Assembly: GCA_027604505.1 (NCBI GenBank)
Contig: JADIIX010000026.1
Span: 62,001 to 126,000, forward strand
DNA: 64,000 nt
From: Gonapodya sp. JEL0774
Taxonomy: Eukaryota
Reading direction: 5' to 3'
Below, in pieces: positions 53,003 through 64,000 of the stretch. Numbering within the stretch: the first letter of the stretch is position 1; each line of letters starts with the position of its first letter. The notes beneath the pieces were generated by a model. It had not been told where the DNA came from. It did not search any database and saw only the letters and a list, made by a program, of their open reading frames with translations. The translations under genes were made by a program, and so were the position numbers.

Positions 53003-56000
53003 TCACAGGTCCGGCGACTTTGCCGAGGGAATGCTGTTGTGCAATGAGTGTGAGGGTGCCGATACTACAAAGATTGCGCAACGAGCACCAGCTCAGCTCA
53101 CTTGTGTATGTCAAGAATCTCCATGGTCCATTGATCCACTTTCGTGCAATCCAAAGCGACAACCACGTTCAAATTAAAGTCGAGACGCAGAAACCGTTCC
53201 TTTCCTTTGGTAATCTGACGACAGAATTACATGGTAGAGTCACGTCTCGCTTACGTCGGTTTCAAATGAAGCGTTACCCACCCCCCGCCCCTTAGCCGTC
53301 GCGTCAGTGAAAAGGTCGCAAGCGTGCTTTAGCGAGGTGACGGGTGTACCATTGATTTTTCGAAGCATTTTCTGTGCAATAAACTCATACCCAACAGTGC
53401 TTGGGTGTGAAAGGACCTTTGAAGGAGAAGCATTGTTCCCACACGTGCGTTAAATGGAGACAAAATAACTGGATGAGAACCTGAGAGCACAAAACAATCT
53501 CGTCTTCCTTGGTCTTCTTCTCATCGAATAACCAAGCGGACATAAGCGAGAGAGGTGTGCTCGCGCCTTAGGGTTGTCGATGGTGGGTTACTGAAATCCT
53601 TGGGACAGGTGTGGCGCATACGTACCGGCGTCAGTGAACTCGCATTGTATGTACGATTCAGTCATCGATGTGAAAACAAAGCCCCCACATATCAACCAGG
53701 ACGGAAGGAAAACATAATCTTCTCCCTGATTTCAAACACAATCTGTGAGAAGTTGCTGGTGGCACGGGGCTGAGAGCATCGTACCTTCTTTTTCCGCTTT
53801 CCTTCTATAGGCACCAGTACCTCAGGAGCTTTCATTATAATATCGGATGTAAGCACTTTCCCGGTCGAGGGTCGCAAGTACTTGACCCGTAACGGCTCCC
53901 CTATGATCTGGTGAGCAAACACGAATTCAGTGTGGTACGTGACAATATGCGACTCACCAATGTGCTTTTGCGAAATGATGAAAGTGCTATCGATGCGCTT
54001 AGGAAATTCAACGTGCACTCAAGTAAGTCAAAGAGCAATGCACTCCGCTGGGCAAGTCTAAACGGACCTCGTTCGCACCGAACAGGACGGCGGCTCCACC
54101 TGATTCTACGGCGTTATTTTCTTCGAAAATGGAGGCCCCCGCACCGTTCTGCTCCCGGGTCAATTCTTCCAGTTCGGCGTCTTCCGGTGAAGCTTGCTTC
54201 AGGAGCTCAGTGAGGGGACTTGAACTCCGAACTTCGGCCGATTTGACGGATACCCCTGTCGCACCCAAGCCTGGAAACACTTCATCATCATCCAAGGGGA
54301 GGTCTTCATGGCTTCCGGCTACCCAGTCTTGTGGAAACTCCACGGTTCCGTCGTTTGCGATCCGATGACCATCCATTTCGAGTAAGACGTCTTCTCGCTC
54401 CAATACGCCATTCGCGGGAGAGAGAGGATGTACCTTCAGAACCTAAATTCGCAACTCAAATATCGAATCCGAAATTCCGGGGGATCATAAGCGGGGAGAG
54501 GTGTGACGCACCATGATTCCAGTCTGATCATCAGTCATTCCAAGGTATGAGCGCAAAGAATCATTTTCAAGGGTTTGAGAGTCTGTTGGAAGAATTTAGC
54601 CATTCGGTGTGTAACGTCAAACGTGTGTGATAAGCGAGTGTGTTTGTTCAATTTCTACCAGCACACTCACCGAGCATTATATCTGCAAAACCCAAGTACT
54701 TTCCATGTTTAGAGACTTGAGATAGGAAATGTAACACCTGCATCATGAGATGTAAGTCTATCAACAGGTCATAAAGCGGTTTGCGTGAAGGGTAACACGA
54801 ACCACTGGCACGGGTATTATGTAGCCGATTCCCTGTACGTTCTTGGTCACATCCTTTTGGAACGCCACACCAATAAAGGCGAATCGTTCGTCGAACACAG
54901 GTCTGCAAGAATAGGGCGGTTACTAAGTGCGCGCGGGTGGAATTCTATTGTTCCACGAGCTCGGATGAACATTGATGGGGTCCTTACGTACCCTCCTGAG
55001 TTCCCTGGATTGATTGCGGCATCGACCTGTATTGTGAGAAGGGAGTGCAAACCAATCTGACGTCGCACAGTCGGGTACAGACACGAATTTCTGTAAGATT
55101 GCAGCATATCAATCAAATATCAGCAAACATCCAGTTTCCACTTACACTGTAGTGACTCATGTCCAGCCTGCTCACAATCCCGCTCGTAATGGAGAGGTTC
55201 TCCCCGCCAACGGGATATCCGACCACGCTTACTTTCTCCTCCAACCTCGGAAGTTTTCGTTGTCGCGCATTAATATTGACATGAGATGTGCCATGGGCCC
55301 AAAATTTAGGATCCGTAACGGTGAGGAGGGCGAGGTCGCAGTCGCGGCCAATCGCCACCACGCTGGCGACATGTTTGGTTGCGTCACCACGTCGGCGAAC
55401 AAGAACGAGAGTATGCTGGACATCAAAAGTAGTAGGACAAATCGTTAGAATTGAGGTGATATGATAATTTGGTGGTTGCGCTGTTCCAACACCCTTTGTG
55501 ACCAGAGAACCAGATGTAACGACCAAACTCACATCGATGACACAATGTGCATTCGTTAGTATAAGCCGATTGGAGATGACAAAGCCAGTGGAAGTGGAAC
55601 CATTCTGCTTATTGGATGTCCACGGCATTGAGTAGTTCGCTTGAGTATGTGTCCTGAGATACGAAAGCGGGACAGAATGAGTGAGCAGCAACACTGCGAA
55701 GAATCACCCGAGCAACTCTTACGTGAAAATCTGGATGGAAGGTGATTGTGGCCATGATCGGGAGAACAGTCGTGGTGAATAAAAGTCGGGTTTCCCAAGA
55801 GCTCACATCGGTAACGCTCAATTTTCTCCGTTGCACAATGCACTAGTGGTAACATGGTCGACAGATTTTCATGCACAAAAATGCGGCTCCGTTCCCGTGC
55901 TTGGTGTCAACATAAACTTAGTTCGGAATGAGAAATGGCTGAATAGGCTTCCGTCCTCGAATTTGTATACTTCTCAACCATGAAGCAGTCCGAACTCCAC

Positions 56001-56366
56001 GTGGCCAACATGTGATGTGTCGAGGCGAGAGGAGATGTAACTCGGTCGCCATCTTCGGGTCCTTTGGCCCTCTGGGCCATCGAATCCGACCATCCATCAA
56101 TAGAAACACACCTTCACAATAGTCGGGAAGACTTCTGCGAGCTCTCTGAGGCTCTCATCCGCCTTTGGTGTTCCCATGGCGAGGATCTGCGAGAGCCCGG
56201 TTTGCGCAAAAGAACTCCTGCTGTGGAGCGCAAACGGAGCGCCGGAGACCGACCCATTGGGAGAAAGAGGAGGAAGGACTGAAGCTGACGAGCGGCGAGA
56301 TGTGAAACTGGCACGGATGGGAGAATTTATTGAGGGAACCCGGTCCAACGAGGCCGGGGGATCCAT
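53003..56366 (-). CDS. DegP/HtrA serine protease with PDZ domains, plant Deg2/Deg9/Deg10-like
   Basis: TIVK|IFT|THTQANYSMPW, GFVISNRLILTNAHCV (His), DCDLALL (Asp), VVGYPVGGENLSITSGIVSR, IQVDAAINPGNSGG|P (Ser), IGYIIPVPV, DGHRIANDGTV, ending HNIPSAKSPDL-stop. Confidence 0.9.
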
Positions 56367-56859
56367 GGCCGCCGCGTCGCGGGATGAGGGCGACGACCGC
56401 GAGCCTCGGTGAGCTTCTCAAGAGGATCAGGGATGCAAATTGCAAACACGACGGTCAGGTGGTGAATCACAAGTTCGTGGGCTTGCAGTGTTTGCGAGTG
56501 GGGAATGTCAAAACCACATGTTGACGCACTTGACCCAGAATATATAAGTATTAGCCGAATGTCGACAATATACTTATGATTCATCATGTGTTTACTAGCT
56601 GTGATTGGATTAGTTTATCATGCTTCCTGTTGTCTGATCGTGTGATACCGTTGAGACTCGAGTCACCTGCTGGTACCACCATGTTCAATTCATACGAAGA
56701 GGAGAGAACGAATGGGACAAATAAGATAAAAACGGGGTTCTTATAGGGGGATCTGCAAGTATTTTAGACAGGCATATATTTGCCAGTGGACGGAGTGGGC
56801 GGTTGCGTTCGGCACCACTCACTTCTATGTATAATACATAATGTCTGGATGAATTCGAT

Positions 56860-57725
56860 ATGCGTGGAATCAGACCATGTGAGACCTTTAGTATTGCACT
56901 GCACCATGATCACATGATCCTTTTTCTTTCGGCTCCAGTCACGTTCACCTTGTCGACTTTCAATCGTCACACCCAAGCGTTGATCAAGAGCCGAACCACG
57001 ACAGCTGGGAGTTCAATATCAATGCCGGAACGCTACTCCACCTCTCATATGAGATTCTATTCTGCGACCAGACATTCCAAGTGGGTGCAAGTCTCCATCT
57101 GTCGAACTGGCCTGGATGCAGGACTGTCCTTCTCGAGGAGTTTTGGAACGATCCTGAACGCTCAACGACCTACCTCGCTGGACAAGAAAAAGTCCATTCG
57201 CCTCATAAGACAAAAGAATATTTCAACGATGTGGGGTCTGACACTTCCACTCACTGTACTCTAGGCCCACAATCGAGGAAATCTCACCTGCAACCCTCCA
57301 TCGCACCCTCGCCGAATATGAAGACTCTGATAAGGAAGAAACACATGACACGACACAACCGAAAGTCTATCTGTTGGATGTCCGAGAACCCTTCGAGTGG
57401 GCTCACACGGGTGTGATACCAGGCTCGCTTCTGACAGGCACACTTGATCCCACAACCAAGTGGGATGAGGTCATGCCAGGAGTGGATAAGGAGCGAGATG
57501 AAGTTGTGGCAGTTTGCAAAGTTGGGGTAAGGAGTTTGGGTGCAGGTAGGAACATGTGAACTCTTGACGTTGGTTGACGCATATTTACACTTCATTACAT
57601 AAGCTGCAACACTCCAATCAGCAGGCTTTAAGAAAGCCAAGTCTCTCGCGGGAGGCATATACGGATGGATACTGAACGGGTTTGAGGTGGACAGAGTGTC
57701 AGAGCAAAACGAACCTGAAAGCTGA
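56860..57725 (+). CDS. Single-domain rhodanese/sulfurtransferase; 5' end uncertain
   Basis: PTIEEISP, YLLDVREPFEW..GVIPGS, VVAVCKVGVRS (active-site Cys loop), LQSAGFKKAKSLAGGIYGW. Confidence 0.8.
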
Positions 57726-57873
57726 CCATCGTACTTTGATGAACTTGCCCCCAGTGTATGTAGTACACTGAACTAATTGCATGAATTGAAGCATTTATTG
57801 AGAGTTTAGTCCCAGTTTCATTGTTTGGGCAGACTGGTTTTGTGCCCCCCACCGGCTTGGCGTTCCCGAAGGC

Positions 57874-59881
57874 ATGAGGAGCGATCGAAGTGAGGGAACC
57901 CGTTCACAACCCACAATGCGCCATCCATTTCGTAAAACAGATTCTGCTCCGCCTGATGTGAACCGGGTAATTTCGCAGCCGCAAGACAATACGCACTCGC
58001 TCGGTTCGTCTGTGGAAACAGAACTTCCCCAACGAGCGTCAACTTCAACCGGTGTCTTGCACCCATTCCTCCACCGGGTCCGCAAAACTTACTCCCTTCC
58101 ACTCACGTTGAGTGGGAACTCTCTGGATCTCGACGATGAGAAAGTATCTCTGGCCTCGCTCGCCGCCTCGGAGGTACCATCAACTCAGCGTTCCTCAGCT
58201 ACCAAATCGGGTCGCTTCCCATCTCTCAGACCACAATTACCACCTTATCGAGGCCCTTATGAAGTGGGCGTACATGATATCGAAGTTGCCTTCTCGGCTC
58301 TCCCCGATATCGTTTCAAGGGACGTCGAGGGGCTCTATGATCCGGCAGCGGTGGACACTACTTTCTTCAAGAAGCCGGCCAATCATAACTCTGGAAGAGT
58401 CCGTCAAACTGCTGTTATGCGGGTGTTTTACCCCGCCCGGACGGGATCCAAACGGCGGCGACCAAACTGGCAACTGTCTGTGAACTATGCAAAAGGATTG
58501 GGTGCGTTTGGGAAGCTCCCAAAGTGGGCGTCTTATGTTGGAATCTACCCTGCGTTTGCTTTCACGAGCATTCCGGCGTTCATCAATGCACCGGTCCTCA
58601 ATTCTCCCGAACACTCAAAGTTCCCCGTAATTATCTTCTCCCATGGCCTGGCGGGCAATCGTACAATGTACTCGGACTTGTGTGGAGAGATGGCTAGTCG
58701 TGGTGCTGTTGTGCTTGCTCTGGTGGGTTGAGGAGAGTCGGATGATGCAAGAACCGTTTTTACCTCGCACGACCGTCAGGAACACCACGACGGATCGGCA
58801 ACAGCAGCAGAGGTGGCAGGTGGAGAGGTTATCTACGTAGGTTTAAAACGTATTGTCTCCTTCCCTGGTACAAGAACCTTAGCCTGCCACCGCGACCTTG
58901 AAGTACCACCGATATCCCTTTCCCGAGTCAAATCACATCGCCTGCTTTGCTATTCGTGGCAGAGATACAATGCATCGTATGCGGGAGGCTCACGCAGCGT
59001 TGTGGGTCGTTTGGTGCCTCAACCACGGATCAGGGTTCGACAACCTCGCCAAATCTTCTGACTTTGACTATGCACAGTTCCGTGGCCGCTTAGACATGTC
59101 GCAACTAGTTATGAGTGGCCATTCATTTGGCGGCACCACTGTCATGTCGATGTTGGCCGCGCAAGACGTCATGATGGAGAAGGTGGACCCGGCCAGCGCA
59201 ACGCAGAGTAATGAAAATGGCATCGAGGACGAAAATGGCACTGTGCATCCACGAGGATGGCTGGGACTTGGGAGCAAGGTCCGATTTGTCGCGGGTATCG
59301 TTTTTGACCCGTGGATGCTACCGGTCGCGCGCTTGCCGTCGCCGGATGCGGTTCCGATTCTTTGCATCAACTCTGAAACGTTTCATTGGACCGATAACTT
59401 ACGGCGTATGAGGCCACTCTTCAGTGCAAGTACCAACTTTGAGTTATCGCAACGGTCCGTGCGCTCTCTGCCCACCAAGACGAGGGTAACGCCTCACGAC
59501 GAAGATCTCGGACCGTTCAAGCATCCATTAGATCAACAAAACGAGGGTGGATGGCCTGCCCCGCACCCACAATCCAAGTATTACACACTCATTGGGACAA
59601 TGCATCATGTGAGCTGCTCCTGGCGTCTGGCATCCACGTTGCAACCGAGGCTGAGGTCTTGTTATCTGCATCAGTCCTTCTCCGACGTACCACTCCTTGT
59701 TCCAGGTCTTTCGCGCAGAATGAACTTGAGAGGAGAGCGTGATCCTGTCAACGCAGCGGATCAGATCGGACGGATGACATCGAGGTGGCTTGCAGAGACT
59801 CTTGGTTGTTGGCTGGCCACGACAAGGGGGGAAGACGTGGACGTGATTGAGGGAATAGATTCTATTTCGGTAGGGGTGTAG
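57874..59881 (+). CDS. PAF acetylhydrolase / PLA2G7-like alpha/beta hydrolase, copy 1
   Basis: LPPYRGPYEVG, MRVFYP, FPVIIFSHGLAGNRTMYS.LCGEMASRG, EHHDGSA, MSGHSFGG, FDPWMLP, INSETF. Confidence 0.9.
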
Positions 59882-60131
59882 ACCGTAGATTATAGATTTG
59901 GACTGTTTAATTTCACGTGCATCAAGAAGTGAATGGCTCATTCGACGTATCTTGGATTTTTAAAGAGTGGAATGAATACTGTGGTGTAAAATGCGGGAGA
60001 GCAAGAATCACGAGTATTTCTCGACACGGCAGAACTCAGTGCTGATCGGGCGGCGCATCCGGGCCCCGCGCATTACATATATGTAATCACGGCAACCATC
60101 AAGTCCAACGACACCCTTAAGACCAACGTCC

Positions 60132-61984
60132 ATGACCGAAAACACGCTCGAGCGAGACGAAGAGAAGCCCGCGGGGGCCTCGCAATCGCCACCTCCCGCT
60201 CCTGGATTCTTTACAAAGCTCCCGAAACTCTTATCTCCTCCTCACCTTCCCGCGTATCGTGGTCCTCATGAAGTGGGCGTCCACGACATTGAAATAGCCT
60301 TTTCGTCGCTCCCCGATGTTGTTTCCACCGACATCGATGGGTTGTACGATCCCTCGATGGTCGACGACTCCCTGTACAAAAAGCCACCCAACCACAACGC
60401 GGACACAGTTCGTCAAACAGTTTTCATGAGAGTGTACTACCCGACAACAGCTGCAGCAGGGTCAAAGAGGCGACGGCCCCACTGGCAACCGTCTGCAAAT
60501 TACGCCAAGGGATTGGGTTCTTTCGCAAAGCTGCCGGCGTGGGCATCCTACGTGGGCATTTACCCCGCGTTTGCATTTACCACCATTCCGGTCTTCGTGG
60601 ACGAGCCTGTGTTGTCTCCTCCGCCGGCAACTTTGCCTGTCGTGGTGTTCTCCCACGGGCTTGCTGGTAACCGCACCATGTATTCGGATATTTGCGGTGA
60701 AATGGCGAGCAGGGGGACAATGGTAGTTTCTCTGGTGAGTTGTTTGCATGGAGGGGCAGCCATGGTTGTTGACATGAGGATCTAAGCTTTCGATTACGAC
60801 ACTCTGCCGTCCAGGAACACCACGACGGAACGGCAACGGCTGCAGAGATAGCAGGAGGGGAAGTTATCTACGTAGGTTCATGGTCTGCCCTTCTGGGTTC
60901 GAGACCTCAAAGTCACTCCCCGTCTGTTAGTACCACCAACCACCATTTCCGGATTCCAACCACGCTGCCAGTTTTGCTTTCCGTGGCCATCATATACTTC
61001 GTCGACTGCGCGAGGTTCACGCAGCGCTGTGGGTCATCTGGAGCCTGAACGAAGGTAGTGCACCGGATCCCAACGGTTCGACCGGGGCCACCACGGCCAC
61101 CACCCACCCTGTCGCTGCTTGCAACCTTCTTCTCTCTCCCACTTCCTCATCGTCTCCGTCTTTATTTGAATACGGACAATTTCGTGGCCGATTGGACCTT
61201 TCCCGGCTTGTCATGAGCGGACATTCATTCGGAGGTGCCACGGTGATGTCAGTGCTTGCGGGACAAGAAGCGATAGCAAAGGGTAATGCTAACGGACACG
61301 CTGTGAATGGTGTGAGCAATGGGAATGGTCATGGACCCGTTCGTCGTGCGGGATGGCTGGGTCTTGGGGACAAGATTCGCTTTGTCGCCGGTGTTGCCTA
61401 CGATCCCTGGATGTTTCCAGTCGCACGCTTACCGTCGCCCAATGCGGTGCCAATACTCTCCATCAACTCTGAAACTTTTCACTGGATTGAAAACTTGCGG
61501 CGTCTGAGACCGCTCTTTGTCGCAGACGCTGCCACGACAGCTACCCCAGCCGATGCCAAAACTCTCCCGACCAAGACAAAGATAACTCCTCACGGGGCGG
61601 ATCTACCACCTTTTAAACACCCACTGGATCAACCCAAGGAAGGCGGATTCCCAGCTCCGCATCCTCTGTCCAAGTATTACACCCTCACGGACACCAGACA
61701 TCACGTGAGTTACCAACTTAAAACCCCGTGTTCTCCACCGCCAACGCGATTAAGACCGGATTCGATGCTTTCACTAGAATTTCTCCGATTTCCCACTCCT
61801 CGTTCCGGGCCTTGCCCGCAGAATGAACATGACCGGCGAGCGTGATCCAGTTGGAGTCACAGATCAAATCGGTCGAATGACAGCTTCGTGGCTTGCACAA
61901 ACCCTTGGCGGTGCATTTGCTACCACGAAAGGAGAAGACGTCGGTGTGATTGAAGGGTTAAACTCGATAACCGTTGGCGCGTAG
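60132..61984 (+). CDS. PAF acetylhydrolase / PLA2G7-like, tandem copy 2
   Basis: Same motifs and intron positions as copy 1: LPAYRGPHEVG, VVVFSHGLAGNRT, EHHDGTA, MSGHSFGG, YDPWMFP. Confidence 0.9.
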
Positions 61985-62173
61985 GATGAATAATCTAATT
62001 CTTCGTGCTGGTGCGACTGTGATGATAGACCATGAACGTATTAGATTAGAATGAGTAGCAAATACCCTTTATCATCTTGTACACGAATCAGGCTGAACTG
62101 AGTCCACATGAACGGCGACCTTGGCTGGTGTTTCCGCGCGAAACAGGCCACAGCCTCACAGTTCAAGAAAATA

Positions 62174-63956
62174 ATGGGAACTCAAGCCAAAACCCATCAG
62201 TTGATTCAAACTATGCGATCTCACCTACGTATTCTGCCTACGAGGATCGTGAAATCGATTCATTTGGCATCGCGATCATACAACACGACAGTTGTTCCAG
62301 AACAGAAGGAAGACGATGTTTCTCGTTTGCGAACCGGAACCGCCGTCTACGTTCACTGGCCTTGGTGTAATCAGTGAGTGGATTGTGGAAAGTGCTTCCC
62401 CTACATCATCATGAGTGAGCTCACTTGCTCCACACCCGAGGATTTGCACCTTTTGCAACTTCAACAAGTATCTGAAACCAACCTCTGAAACCCTCAAGTC
62501 TACGACTGAGCGAATGAAACATGCGCTCCTGTCTGAGCTCTCAAATGCCTTGTCAGGAAAGGACGTGGTGGACGCCTTGACACCCTTTCCGACACCAGGT
62601 GGACGAAAGGAGGACGTCGAAGTGCTCTCCCCTCCCAAACGTCGCACCAGTGTCCCCAGAATTACAAGCGTTTATTTCGGTGGTGGAACTCCTTCGCTGG
62701 CTCCCGTGGACGTGATAGAATCCATTCTCGATTTCCTCAGCCGCAACTGCGAGGTCGCAAACGATGTGGAAGTAACCGTCGAAGGAAACCCAGGAGTGCG
62801 TGTTTATTGAGCAGCGGCCCTATTGCACGTCAAAATGAACTTTGCACGTGCAATATGTATCTCTCCCAGACTTTCCCTCGGGATCACCTTCGCGCTCTTC
62901 GAGGAACTGGAGTAAATCGAATATCTCTCGGTATTCAAACTTTTCACGACCCTACCCTTCAGTTTTTGAACCGTAATCACTCGACCCTAGACACGATGCG
63001 CACAGTGTCCGATATTTGGGACACCTTTGACATGGTGGAGGACCCTTACTTGTTCGCAACTTCGGGAACTTCTCGTCGCTCACCTGTCCTCAGCGTGGAT
63101 ATCATAACAAACCTTCCCCGACCGCCGATTCAACCCGGCGACACTCCACCGACACTTGCAGATGAACTTTCTCGTGCAGCGTCGTTGAAACCTCACCATA
63201 TGTCCGTCTACGAGCTCACGCTCGAGCGAGGAACCAAATTGTGGGAGCAGGTTCGGCGGGGAGAGGTCGAGGTTGAAACCGGGGACGGAGTGAGGGGAGA
63301 TACGTGGGAATCTGTTCGGAAAGTGAGTCGCCAAGCGGAGCGTCGCTTCGGGAAGTCCTGATATGCCACGATGTATGTGACTCTTCACTTACATCGCAAC
63401 TTCGCAGGTTCTTGAACCCCATGGCTACCATCGATACGAAGTTTCCTCGTTCGCCAAACGGAGTGCGTCGTCAGCTCGTCGCGGCTCCTTGTACCGTAGT
63501 GCGCATAACTCTTGGACATGGCGTGGCGGCGATTACGTCGGTGTGGGCCCAGGTGCCCACGGACGCGTCACGTTGCCAACAACAGATGGTACGATGGCTC
63601 GGTTCCGAACTTACCGCACCTTGGATCCTGCAGGATGGCTGCGTGATGTTGCAGGTATGGGACACGGAACACGACGATCGACGCGGCTATCGCCGACAAC
63701 CGCTATTCACGAGCTGATTGTCTTGGGACTTCGGACGACGAACGGAGTTTTTTCCGGCGATATCGTCGCATTTGTACCAGGATCTACTGCACGTGGGATG
63801 TCAGCACTCGGAAAGCACTTGGATATGGAAGCAGTTCACCGATTTGTTGCTGGTGGCCTGCTCGTTTGGGAGGAGGGGAAGGATAGTGCTCGGTTAAGGT
63901 GCACTTCACAAGGGTTAGCTGTGCTAGATTCTTTGATCAGTGAAATTATAATTTAA
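62174..63956 (+). CDS. RSAD1: Radical SAM heme chaperone HemW/RSAD1 (HemN-like), probably mitochondrial; start at 62174 or 62213
   Basis: VYVHWPWCNQ|ICTFCNFNKY (CxxxCxxC), SVYFGGGTPSL, EVTVEGNP, GVNRISLGIQTF, HMSVYELTLERGT, YEVSSFA, HNSWTWRGGDYVGVGPGAHGR. Confidence 0.9.
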
Positions 63957-64000
63957 CTAACATGGATGACGATGTCGCGTTCAAACATAAAAATGTCTTC

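Noticed and set aside
26863..61984. Lipid-hydrolase/sterol 'cluster' (epoxide hydrolase, 2 thioesterases, sigma-1-like, 2 PAF-AH)
   Set aside because: Spread over 35 kb, interleaved with unrelated genes, with no backbone enzyme or regulator; tandem duplication explains the excess.

Overview
Eukaryotic, gene-dense and intron-dense DNA (mostly 45-130 nt GT-AG introns). It is most consistent with an early-diverging (zoosporic/non-Dikarya) fungus; this is an inference from fungal-type genes (THR4, DMA1, Ssh4-like, Axl2-like, Nbp2-like) sitting beside genes Dikarya usually lack (CABLES-like, animal-type sigma-1 receptor, plant Deg2/Deg9-type protease). About 26 protein genes can be reconstructed by hand-splicing, including THR4, OTU1, an aldo-keto reductase, MLH3, a lipoate ligase, PGI, a tandem CCCH zinc-finger protein, HOP2, a NIPA transporter, DMA1, an epoxide hydrolase, two acyl-protein thioesterases flanking a DUF866 gene, a rhodanese, two tandem PAF acetylhydrolases and RSAD1/HemW. 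There is also a degenerate Ty3/gypsy RT fragment. No tRNA, rRNA or CRISPR was seen, and no single operon-like novel system is supported. The most unusual signals are in RNA processing and translation: a candidate U2-type AT-AC intron inside the lipoate-ligase catalytic motif, several GC-AG introns, 5- and 8-nt micro-exons encoding conserved residues, a non-AUG-initiated transmembrane extension on one thioesterase paralog, and long fold-back introns in the sigma-1-receptor-like gene. All gene models are manual and unverified by transcripts.
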